In this document: in pieces, positions 54,823 through 63,701 of the stretch
Layout of the letters: each line of letters starts with the position of its first letter
Numbering within the stretch: the first letter of the stretch is position 1
Sequence record: NC_029103.1
Strand: one strand, 5' to 3'
Length of the DNA stretch: 64,000 nt
Made by a program: the position numbers and the translations under genes
Notes under the pieces: generated by a model
Seen by the model: the letters and a program-made list of their open reading frames with translations, nothing else
What the model was told of the DNA's origin: nothing
Databases searched by the model: none

Positions 54823-54872
54823 TTNATTTTTTCTTTTTTGTTTTCTCTCTAAAACAGCTGTTTGAGGTATTT

Positions 54873-55340
54873 TTGTGTGTTATACGCTTTGATGTTGTTC
54901 AACTTCTAACGAAACTTGTTAGGTGTTACGGCTTAAATATTATTTACGACAAGAGAGTATANGAGGGCAAAATGACCAGATCAGTAGGGTTTTTATGTGA
55001 TACGTCAGAAATTTTTTTAAACATAGATGATGAAGTTGTTATCATTAAATTTAATAATAATAGAAAAATCATCGACATTGATATCGACNTAAAGAGTANA
55101 TANAGNGATTATTCGAATGAATGTAGGGAAATTAAAGAAGTGGAGACGGATATAGAGGAATTATACTCAGCAAAATACTATCCTAGAACATATTATACAA
55201 TTTATAGGGTTGTTGTACAACAACCTAAAATAAAGCTATATTTAATGGAAAAGTTTAACGGAACCACAGGTTTAATCGTGTTCTTCTCTTGCAGAACTTT
55301 CAGAAACTGTATTAGAAAAATNGATAANTTTGAAAAATAG
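54873..55340 (+). CDS. Hypothetical protein, paralogue of 54469..54822
   Basis: YYPRTYYTIY. Confidence 0.6.
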   Translation: MCVIRFDVVQLLTKLVRCYGLNIIYDKRVXEGKMTRSVGFLCDTSEIFLNIDDEVVIIKFNNNRKIIDIDIDXKSXXXDYSNECREIKEVETDIEELYSAKYYPRTYYTIYRVVVQQPKIKLYLMEKFNGTTGLIVFFSCRTFRNCIRKXDXFEK

Positions 55341-55550
55341 TCATTTTTCCTTCTTTGCGTATAGTACTTTCCCGTGGATTTTCAACACTCCGGTTCTGTC
55401 ATACTCTGCTAACGCGTCTAGATACTCTTTATACGCGTCGACAATATAATCTACTCTCTTGTGCATCCTTTCCAAGATCTTTTTCTGTTCATCTGTTAAC
55501 TTATGTTCAACCATTTGGGATTCACTATTAACTATACTTCTGTCGAACAA
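55341..55550 (-). CDS. Small helical protein
   Basis: MVEHKLTDEQKKILERMHKRVDY.. Confidence 0.6.
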   Translation of the reverse strand: MFDRSIVNSESQMVEHKLTDEQKKILERMHKRVDYIVDAYKEYLDALAEYDRTGVLKIHGKVLYAKKEK

Positions 55551-55557
55551 TTTATAA

Positions 55558-56109
55558 CTACATTTCGCTCCACATTCCCGTCGCCATNANGACNTATATT
55601 ATGCTCATCACTTCTCCGAACNACGATAAGAAATCGATAATTAANGAGAGGTCTNNGACAAACAGCTGTANTGGNGGAGCGATGAACGGTAGTGATATNC
55701 TGGACGTCATAGGTATCAGTATAGCGGTAAAATACACTAAAATGCTNTNGAAGCTNTTGAAGATGAACTGAAGTAGTAAGTAAATGAAGATTATTTGCAT
55801 AGTACTCATTTGTTGTTGAGACAAGTTGAGCAGGTAATTTCTNGTGAANAACGCAGAAATAGTNGCAAGTCCTGCTATTACTCCTCCTGCTATTATGCCT
55901 GCACCTTGAAATATACTCCCTAGAATGTGTTCTAGAAATAGCACTAGATTGAACGACAGCAATGTTGAGATATAATTTGCAAGTGTGGGGTTCGTTGAAT
56001 ATTCGTTGAAATTAATCAAGGTCACTAGCAAGTCGACTAGAAAAGTCGAATATATTATACCCTCATTTATCTTGTAGAAAACGGTCGCAAGTGAACCTAT
56101 CAGTCCCAT
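55558..56109 (-). CDS. Multi-pass membrane protein
   Basis: 183 aa, highly hydrophobic. Confidence 0.7.
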   Translation of the reverse strand: MGLIGSLATVFYKINEGIIYSTFLVDLLVTLINFNEYSTNPTLANYISTLLSFNLVLFLEHILGSIFQGAGIIAGGVIAGLXTISAXFXRNYLLNLSQQQMSTMQIIFIYLLLQFIFXSFXSILVYFTAILIPMTSXISLPFIAXPXQLFVXDLXLIIDFLSXFGEVMSIIXVXMATGMWSEM

Positions 56110-56189
56110 AAGGAGATTTTAGACCCTGGAATTAAAAAACATATGTTTTAGCTCCAAGGGCTGGGGGGGGGGTAGGGAAGGCCCTTGCT

Positions 56190-56582
56190 ATGGAATGGAG
56201 AACCCAGTATTTAAATACCCTTTTTATCAAAAGTTCTCTTATGCTTACCCAAAAAGAAATGGTTTCGGCAATTTATAATTGTGTTAAGAAACGTGAAAAA
56301 CATCTTATTGACGAAAAAGCTTTCTTAATTTCCCTCTCTGTAGGAATCCCTATAGACGATTTTTATGAGGTAGATGGACGTCTTACTTATCGCGGTTTAT
56401 CAAGCGTTTATGATGTTGACTGCGGGAATTATTTGTCTATAATAGATAAATACGATGAGAAAACGATTTTAGGGGCTTCTCTGTACATGTTTAACCTAAT
56501 AAGGAGAGGAGTACGCGGGAAGTTAAACGAGAAAGCCTCAAAATTACTCTCGGAACTTAATCTATTCCAGGGCTATTCTTAA
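56190..56582 (+). CDS. Hypothetical protein
   Basis: 130-aa ORF. Confidence 0.65.
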   Translation: MEWRTQYLNTLFIKSSLMLTQKEMVSAIYNCVKKREKHLIDEKAFLISLSVGIPIDDFYEVDGRLTYRGLSSVYDVDCGNYLSIIDKYDEKTILGASLYMFNLIRRGVRGKLNEKASKLLSELNLFQGYS

Positions 56583-56622
56583 TTTCTTTCATAACCTCTT
56601 CTTTATTCAACAGACCCTCAAG

Positions 56623-57108
56623 TTATTTTTTCAAATCAGCGTGGATCTTCGAAAAAAGATAATAACCTAAGGAGTCCTTTGAGGGCATAGGTGTCGTGTC
56701 GGCAACTAGTGCGTGTAATAATGCTCCGCTCAGCTCAGATATATAAGGGAATACTTCTTTTTTCTTTATATACACCAAGATAGGCATCCCCAAAAACACT
56801 ACTAGGAAATTTGCGGTGTCGAATATATCTTTAATCGTGGAATCCTCATTCGTGTTAGTCTTTTGCAGTTTCGAATATACTGTTGTTACGAAGCGTAAAT
56901 ACAACGAATAATAAGCGGTTATTAGGAAATTAGGGTTATCAGAATTTAATACCTCTTTGTAGAACTCCTCTTCATTTTTCTTCAACACGTCAATAAGTTT
57001 TTGTAACCTGTCCATTGTCATATTAACATATTCTTCTATGGTCGCATTCTTCATTCCTTTTAGAACCTTATAATATTCCTCTAAAAGGAGAGGAATGTTA
57101 GCTAACAT
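56623..57108 (-). CDS. Helical hypothetical protein
   Basis: 161-aa ORF. Confidence 0.65.
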   Translation of the reverse strand: MLANIPLLLEEYYKVLKGMKNATIEEYVNMTMDRLQKLIDVLKKNEEEFYKEVLNSDNPNFLITAYYSLYLRFVTTVYSKLQKTNTNEDSTIKDIFDTANFLVVFLGMPILVYIKKKEVFPYISELSGALLHALVADTTPMPSKDSLGYYLFSKIHADLKK

Positions 57109-57188
57109 AGTTACAAATCTAATATCGCAATGTAGTATATTTAACTTTTGAGCAGTTCTTGATTTTTCAAGTATAAAGCCTTATCCGA

Positions 57189-57593
57189 TTATAATCCTGT
57201 GATATCTTTATCACTTTTCTCTTTTAAACTAAATAAATACCCTACATAATGAACAAATAAAGTGGCAAGATAGTCCTCATATGCCGGAATATAACCATGA
57301 TATTCATGTAATATAATTTTTCCAATCACCCCTAAATATTCAGACATATATTCCTTATTATACACCCTGACTACTGGATATGTTCCCTTCTTGATATCGA
57401 TTTCAATATATTTTACCTTTTTTATACTATCTAGGTAAGGATTATCTACGATTATAGATTTGTTTTTTATCTTATCTAGATAAGGATAGTCTGTGATTAT
57501 ATATTTGTTATCCTCAGCTTCAGCTATGATGAACTTCGATTTCCAGTAACGTTTTATACTGAAATCTGTTGACCTTTATATGTATATCTTCAT
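57189..57593 (-). pseudogene. Broken ORF (MKIYI..EYHGYIPAYEDYLATLF..DITGL) with a short internal duplication
   Basis: ATG overlaps the upstream stop; YPYLDKIKK/NPYLDSIKK duplication; stops and frameshifts. Confidence 0.45.
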
Positions 57594-57883
57594 CTACATC
57601 CTTTAGGTATATGTCGTCTACTCCTTAACTCCCCATAAAGGTCTGTATCTCTTCTAACTATTTCTAATGTCCTTTTTCTTAACTTACGACGTCTCAATTC
57701 TAACGTACCGTCTTTTTTCCATATTATTTCTTCACTACATATATACCCCTCTTTATACCCCGCATATTCTTCCCCAATTTTTACGTTATGTCCGACATCT
57801 ATGTACCCTCTACATGCCCTAAACTTTCCTTCAAAAACCTTATTTTCTTCTAAAAATTTGCAAAGGAAATATGTTCTTTTCAT
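57590..57883 (-). CDS. Basic hypothetical protein
   Basis: 97-aa ORF. Confidence 0.6.
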   Translation of the reverse strand: MKRTYFLCKFLEENKVFEGKFRACRGYIDVGHNVKIGEEYAGYKEGYICSEEIIWKKDGTLELRRRKLRKRTLEIVRRDTDLYGELRSRRHIPKGCR

Positions 57884-57914
57884 TTTTGTTCCAACCTTGT
57901 TTCAGTTAAAATCT

Positions 57915-58401
57915 TTAAAACGTCATATGTACTGCTAGAAACAGCATTAATATCCCCAACAACGTTGCTAACCCATTAGCAAACGGGTTGTTATAGGAGA
58001 AATGTGCTAAAGCTATCCTCTTCCACCTTCCGTCGACCTTATGGTAAAATCCCCTTCTCAGTGAAGATGTCTAAGAGCATGTGAGAAAGCCCTGCTACAG
58101 CTCCGTCCATGAAAGTTATCAGGATAAGCATGATAGGTGAATGAAATACGAAGTGTAAAGCGAGGGCAAACGGTACTGAACCCAGCAATCCCCAACCAAT
58201 GCTCCTCGGTATTGTATGAGTTGTTGGAGTCCTCGAGATATATTCTCCCTTTATTTCATGTCCCAGAGTATCAATAACGTTGTTTATGAATATGGAGAGA
58301 ACTCCAGCGTTTACTACGAGTAGAGGAGAGCCACTCAGGAGAATGAAGTTAAGCAGTGTTAACAAACCAAATGAAAATATATAATGTGTTCTTAACTGCA
58401 T
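57915..58401 (-). CDS. Membrane-bound metal-dependent hydrolase (YbcI/DUF1286-like), C-terminus frameshifted in consensus
   Basis: TH, D.LGH, R..TH, SH.LLD..T..G motifs. Confidence 0.75.
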
Positions 58402-58586
58402 CCTTTATCCCCACTTATTTCCTTATAATAATATATTTAAAAGTATGAACATGACTCCAACCAGTTAGGTATTTCTCTTGGTCAGTCTCAGACCAGTATG
58501 TTGGCTTTGCCAGTGAGTGCTTAGCAAATCACTCAAACATATGTTTTAAATATCTGTTTACCAACGATATACATAGGAGGATAGAA

Positions 58587-59369
58587 GTGGAAAGAATACT
58601 AGATGAAGGATTCTTAGATGGGAGGGCAGTTATAGAAGAAGTATTTCGTACGAATGTCGGAGATGGTACCGTCTACGTATACAGAATAGAGCCTGATGAG
58701 TATCATAGTGGCGACATAGACTTTACTGATTTCTATATTGCAACATACGATACTAGTGGCAATCAAGGAGAAATATGGGGTTGGGGTGAAACTCCTAAGG
58801 AAGCACTGAAAAATGCGGAAAGGAAGTGGGGTGAAGAAGAAATAGCTAAAATGCGAGAGAATCCAACAATGGGATATTTCAACCCCTTTTTACAGGCTTT
58901 AAAAACGTTAAAAGAAAGGATAAAAGAAAATATAAAAGAAACATTAGAACCAGTGTTAGATGAGGTAAATGTAACGGAGGAAGACTTGGAAGACATACTC
59001 TTTGAAGACTTAGAAAAGTATGAATACTTGACCGGAGAGACAGTTGGAATACTAGATGTACGAGGAGTATTCCGTGATAATGTCGGAGATGGTATTGTCA
59101 GGGTGTACAGTATAAGCGATTCTATCGCATACAATAATAAATTACCCTTTTCTGCTGACTTCTATATTGTGACGTTATCTTCCTCAAATGGGGCTGGTAT
59201 TATGGAAAAAACGTGGGGTTTAGGTGCCACTCCTGAAGAAGCACTTGAAAATGCGGAAAGGAAGTGGGACGATCTAACAGGTGGATATCTCAACCCGTTT
59301 ACAAAAACTTTAGAAATGTTAAAAGAAGAGGAAAACGAAGAGGACAACAATGTATTGCAAAACTATTAA
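58587..59369 (+). CDS. Acidic protein with two family-A domains
   Basis: Internal duplication of NVGDG.V.VY..DFYI..WG.G.TP.EAL.NAERKW..NPF. Confidence 0.85.
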   Translation: MERILDEGFLDGRAVIEEVFRTNVGDGTVYVYRIEPDEYHSGDIDFTDFYIATYDTSGNQGEIWGWGETPKEALKNAERKWGEEEIAKMRENPTMGYFNPFLQALKTLKERIKENIKETLEPVLDEVNVTEEDLEDILFEDLEKYEYLTGETVGILDVRGVFRDNVGDGIVRVYSISDSIAYNNKLPFSADFYIVTLSSSNGAGIMEKTWGLGATPEEALENAERKWDDLTGGYLNPFTKTLEMLKEEENEEDNNVLQNY

Positions 59370-59480
59370 TTTTAATATATTCTAGAATTTCACGCTTATC
59401 GATTCCTGCTTCTCTGATACTCTCCTTTCAAGGGGTTGAGTCGTTCAGTAATTTAAAGCAAACATGCTAAGTTTATACAT

Positions 59481-59999
59481 ATGAGAAGTGGTTACAAGAA
59501 AAAGATTAGGAGAGTTAAGACACATAACCACGACCTATACATATATTCCTTCCCGTGGGAGTGCTACAAATTCAACCAAATAGGCGACGATGTTTACGAA
59601 TTATTCCAAGCTGACTGTCACGACCCTGAAGCCAAAAGAAAAGGGGAGACCGTGGTAACGCTGAACGTTAAAAAGAGAGGTATTTATTACGTCCTGATGT
59701 TTCCGGAGAAGATAGTAATCAAACTAGCGAAAGAAGAACATAGATACACTGTGACTAATTTACTCTTTCTCCCCAGAAAGGTCTACGACTTACAATTCGA
59801 CGACCAGAACCTTACTCTGAGATACGTATATCCTTCTGGCAAAAAAGTAGGCAGTGTAAAGATCAAATTGCCCAAGCCGATTACGTTTGAGAGAGACAGA
59901 AAAGATGAGTACAGTATACTGAAGTTCTGGAAGGCAGAAGATTACGAGGTTTTGAAAAAAGAAGTCCAGGGAAAGGTGAAAGTTGTTGCGAATAAATGA
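59481..59999 (+). CDS. Basic hypothetical protein coupled to the P-loop ATPase
   Basis: 172-aa ORF overlapping the next gene. Confidence 0.65.
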   Translation: MRSGYKKKIRRVKTHNHDLYIYSFPWECYKFNQIGDDVYELFQADCHDPEAKRKGETVVTLNVKKRGIYYVLMFPEKIVIKLAKEEHRYTVTNLLFLPRKVYDLQFDDQNLTLRYVYPSGKKVGSVKIKLPKPITFERDRKDEYSILKFWKAEDYEVLKKEVQGKVKVVANK

Positions 60000-60903
60000 T
60001 TACATAAAATTAAACGACACAAACCCGGAGGACGCACTGCTGAAAGTAGATTACAACACGCTGTTACCGATGTTCGACAGATACTACACACAGGTGTATG
60101 AGGGCAATGTAAAGTTCATCGATTTCCCCTACATGGAGAAACAATACGCCGAACTATCTAGAAAATATTACATGGAAGGTATCGCAGACCTCACGGTACT
60201 CATGATGCACACGATATACCAAATAGCGATAGACAGAAAGGAACATAAGTTCGAAAAAATAAGACCCGTACCGATTGACACAGGTCAAACGTCAATCGTT
60301 AGCGGTGAGAGCAGAGGAGGAAAATCCTCACTAGCATTATGGCTAGCCTACGCGTTATACGGGGACTGGGACGTCGCTATTGCCCACATCATCATTGACC
60401 CCTTACAACTCGACGACTTAATTGAGGCGATGAAAACGTATGGAATAAACAAAATCCCGATGATAATTATAGACGATGCCGGAATAGGATTTGGCAAGCA
60501 GGTGGGGAAAATGGACAGACTGAGACTAGAAAAGATACACAAATACGCACAAACCTGGGCAATTAAATTCGGCAACGTGTTGATGACTATACCGTCGGAG
60601 ACGAGACTATCCGGTGTGTTAATGAAAGCCATGCCGTCGTCGTACGCCATTACGATAAAACCGTTAACAATGACGACGTCTGAGGCACATGTATACAAGA
60701 ACGTTGTGAACATTACCGGGAAGCTATTGAAGGTTAAATATTCGCTGAGAGATTACAACAATATTCCCGTCGGGCTTATGGTGAAGAACGAGCTAAAAAA
60801 GTACGCTCATGTGGTGTACACTCCAAGACTTTTGCCGGAGGACGCTTACGCCAAATATAAGCAACTCAGGGAAGACTACTTGTATATTATCGCGAAAATG
60901 TGA
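59983..60903 (+). CDS. P-loop NTPase (viral packaging/replication-associated type)
   Basis: Walker A GESRGGKS, Walker B IIIDD. Confidence 0.8.
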   Translation: MLRINDYIKLNDTNPEDALLKVDYNTLLPMFDRYYTQVYEGNVKFIDFPYMEKQYAELSRKYYMEGIADLTVLMMHTIYQIAIDRKEHKFEKIRPVPIDTGQTSIVSGESRGGKSSLALWLAYALYGDWDVAIAHIIIDPLQLDDLIEAMKTYGINKIPMIIIDDAGIGFGKQVGKMDRLRLEKIHKYAQTWAIKFGNVLMTIPSETRLSGVLMKAMPSSYAITIKPLTMTTSEAHVYKNVVNITGKLLKVKYSLRDYNNIPVGLMVKNELKKYAHVVYTPRLLPEDAYAKYKQLREDYLYIIAKM

Positions 60904-61049
60904 AACTTTTTCCTAACTCAACCTACTTATGTTCAAAGGAGAGTGGGAAGCCTTGCCCTTTAGAGCGGGGTAGCTCACCCTGTCTTGTGCTGGATAAAAG
61001 CACCTGTTTTCTTTAAATATTTCCTTGTCAAAATTCCATTTAGATAAGA

Positions 61050-61853
61050 ATGGACACAAATGATTATTTCCTAAAAATAAGTGAGTACTGCAATTTTAAT
61101 ATAGACTGTATCGATAAGACGTTGTCAGATAAAAAGAAACTAGGGAAAATCTTAGGCATAGAAAATAAGAAGGAGTTAGACAACATAAGGTTTTTCATAA
61201 GCACCAATTTCGATAAATATGTTTACAGAAATTATAAAAAATTCCCGAAGGACGAAATAGCAAAGTTTATAATATCTAATATGTGCGGTTATGATTTCAA
61301 ATGCATGCTAGAGATACTGAAAGAAAATAACTTACAGGACATGCTAGATTATATGCTAGATTATTGGGCTAAGACCTACGATATTGAACCCATAGTTAAT
61401 GAATTTATCACTGTTTCTTTAGATGATCCCTTGGAAGATTTAGATCATAGTGAATATACATTGCCAACTATCGCATGGCTCGAGTTTATTGATAGACCAG
61501 AAGCAAAGCTTCTTTTTGCAATGTATGATGATTATGTTCCACTTGGAATATTTGATCGTATGGAGGGAAAATATCATTATAATTATAAGGAAGTGTTCGG
61601 TGAAGAACCGGAAGATATAGAGAATAAAATAAGGGAATTAGTAGACAAAATTGAGTCAAGAACAGAAGACCGTCTCAGAGAAATTGCAAAGAGTATTTAT
61701 GATGAAACTCTTGAGCTAATAAATAACAATCCGGCATACAAAATTGTAGATTATATAGAGTGTTATAGTTATCTGTGCTACCTGTTGGATTTGGATAAAA
61801 TTCCAATAGTTCATATCGACGAGAACAGAAAAAATCAACTTCTTAATACTTAA
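61050..61853 (+). CDS. Acidic helical hypothetical protein
   Basis: 267-aa ORF whose stop abuts the IS left end. Confidence 0.7.
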   Translation: MDTNDYFLKISEYCNFNIDCIDKTLSDKKKLGKILGIENKKELDNIRFFISTNFDKYVYRNYKKFPKDEIAKFIISNMCGYDFKCMLEILKENNLQDMLDYMLDYWAKTYDIEPIVNEFITVSLDDPLEDLDHSEYTLPTIAWLEFIDRPEAKLLFAMYDDYVPLGIFDRMEGKYHYNYKEVFGEEPEDIENKIRELVDKIESRTEDRLREIAKSIYDETLELINNNPAYKIVDYIECYSYLCYLLDLDKIPIVHIDENRKNQLLNT

Positions 61854-61957
61854 CTTTCTGGGGGTTAAGGGGGCGGAAGTNCCTACCGTCCGTAAGGTGG
61901 GGGATGGATAGCCCCCTTATAGAAACCTTTTATAGTTATCAAAAAATAGATATAACT

Positions 61958-62365
61958 ATGCGGTACAGATTGGACAGAGGATCGCATTCAGTTTACGCTC
62001 TTTATTACCACTATGTCCAAGTGGTGAAGTACCGCAGGAAGGTGTTCGATAATGAAGAGATTATAAACTTCTTGAAGGAACAAATTCAAGAAATAAGCGA
62101 AACGTTCGAGGTTGAGGTCATAGACATAGGGGTAGATAAAGATCACTTCCACATGTTATTCAAGGCGAAACCGACCCTGAATATACCCAGATACATAAAC
62201 GCGATCAAGACGATCACGTCTAGGGAAATACAGAGAAAATTTCCTCAAGTAAAGGAAAAACTATGGAAAGGACACTTCTGGTCACCTTCCTACTTCCTAG
62301 CAACAAGTGGACAAGTAACACTAGAGGTGCTGAAAAAATATGTGGAGAGCCAAGGGAAAGAGTAA
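61958..62365 (+). CDS. tnpA: Y1 HUH transposase
   Basis: YHYV.VVKYRRKVF, DHFH, WSPSYF, YVE.Q. Confidence 0.95.
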   Translation: MRYRLDRGSHSVYALYYHYVQVVKYRRKVFDNEEIINFLKEQIQEISETFEVEVIDIGVDKDHFHMLFKAKPTLNIPRYINAIKTITSREIQRKFPQVKEKLWKGHFWSPSYFLATSGQVTLEVLKKYVESQGKE

Positions 62366-63580
62366 CAAGATCCAGTTATCATTCAAGTACAGGATTTACC
62401 CAACTAGGGAAGTAGAGGAAAAACTCCTCAGAGTGATGCAGGTTGAGGCTAAAGTGTACAATGCGTTGCTAGACGCAGTGAATAACGCAAGGAAAGAAGG
62501 GAAAAGGATAACACCTAAGGACACCCAAGACATGTTGAAAGACTTGAAGATAGAAGGGAAGGAACTAGTTTACTCCAAGGTTCTTCAAATGGTGAATAAT
62601 CAANTGTGGTACAACATTAACTCTCTTCACGAACTGAAGAAGAGAGGGAAGAAAGTGGGGAAATTGAGGTACAAGAAGATCATGAAGATCATAAACTACA
62701 ATCAATCNGGTTTCAAGGTAGTTGGAGATAANCTNATNCTCTCAAAGATAGGGGAGATGAAAGTACTCTTCCACAGACCGTTAGAAGGCGAGGTAAAAGG
62801 GGTAATAATAAAGAAGAGTGCTAAAGGATGGTATGCTATCTTCCAGGNTGAGGTNGAAAAGANACCTCTNGAAAAAACTGGGAAAGTNGTTGGNATAGAC
62901 TTAGGAGTGGAGAAACTGGTAACTACTTCTGANGGCGTAGTGATAGAAAATCCTAAGGTCTTTGATAAGGTAGAGAGGAGGATAAAGATTTTACAAAAAT
63001 CATTATCAAGGAAAAAGAAGGGATCTAGAAACTACGAGAAGGTTAGAGAAAAACTAGCCAAGATACANGAGTATGTGAAGAATCTCATGAANGATTATAT
63101 TCACAAGGTAACTTCGTGGCTCGTAGAACAGTATGATGAGATATACGTGGAAGATCTCGATGTGAAGGAGATGGTTGAGGACAGTGANAGNAAANNTTTG
63201 ANAAAGCATATTCTCCACTCTAACTTCTCCAAGTTCATNAGCNACCTCTCCTACAAGGCTGAAAGAGCTGGTAGGAGGGTGGTGAAGGTAGATCCGAGGA
63301 ATACTTCAAAAAACATGTGCTAGATGCGGATACGTTAAAGAAGGATTTAACGTTGGTTGACCGTGTGTTTGTATGCCCAAAGTGCGGTTGGGTCACTGAT
63401 CGCGACTATAATGCTTCTCTAAATATTCTTCGTGCGGGGTCGGGACTGCCCTTAGAGCCTGTGGACAGGAAACCTCTGCTATACATCCCCTTCTCAGAGG
63501 GGGTGTATAGTAAGTTTCCTGGAAGAAGCAGGAAATCCCCATCGCGAGGTGGGGATGCCCCGTCCGTGAGGGCGGGGTAG
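62340..63580 (+). CDS. tnpB: RNA-guided nuclease TnpB, frameshift near 63320
   Basis: KYRIYP, IDLG (RuvC I), VEDL (RuvC II), NTSK, CPKCG..DRD.NAS.NI. Confidence 0.9.
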
Positions 63581-63701
63581 TTCACTACTTAACCCTATTT
63601 TTTATACTATCTCCTTTAGTGTTTACCCCTGGCGTAACTCTCCTTGCATTCGGTGAACCGAATCTTCCTCTTTTTAAAATAATCTGATAAGAACATTAAT
63701 C

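Larger units (their letters stand above)
38665..58468. promoter_or_regulatory. Dispersed palindrome 'B-box', consensus CTAAC-NN-GTTAG, immediately upstream of BRE/TATA
   Basis: Copies at 38665, 39558, 49423, 49790, 52918, 53639, 54406, 58457 (also 1177, 16179). Confidence 0.8.
1082..58546. promoter_or_regulatory. Dispersed palindrome 'A-box' AAACANNTGTTT (best extended form CTCAAACANNTGTTTGAG)
   Basis: Exact copies start at 1082, 1255, 2672, 4991, 6080, 12438, 16261, 18675, 22028, 22580, 32941, 36143, 38727, 42561, 43114, 43865, 44755, 48964, 50832, 52673, 53589, 54346, 54852, 56137, 58535; intragenic at 9349, 23670, 40349; one-mismatch copies at 29783, 39283, 39608, 46833, 49836; two-mismatch copies at 40740, 41729. 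Confidence 0.92.
22055..60978. repeat. Six orphan IS200/IS605 right-end hairpins
   Basis: 22055-22087(-), 22605-22626(-), 47852-47877(-), 49033-49057(+), 49875-49907(+), 60945-60978(+); same layout as the intact right end at 63554-63585. Confidence 0.65.
61854..63585 (+). mobile_element. IS200/IS605-family element (tnpA + tnpB); left boundary approximate
   Basis: GC-rich left-end hairpins; right end GCCCCGTCCGTGAGGGCGGGGTAGTTCAC. Confidence 0.9.

Noticed and set aside
38727-54863. A-box as an integron attC or recombinase core site
   Set aside because: 12-18 bp with a 2-bp centre does not fit tyrosine-recombinase site geometry, and its fixed spacing to TATA favours a transcription-factor operator
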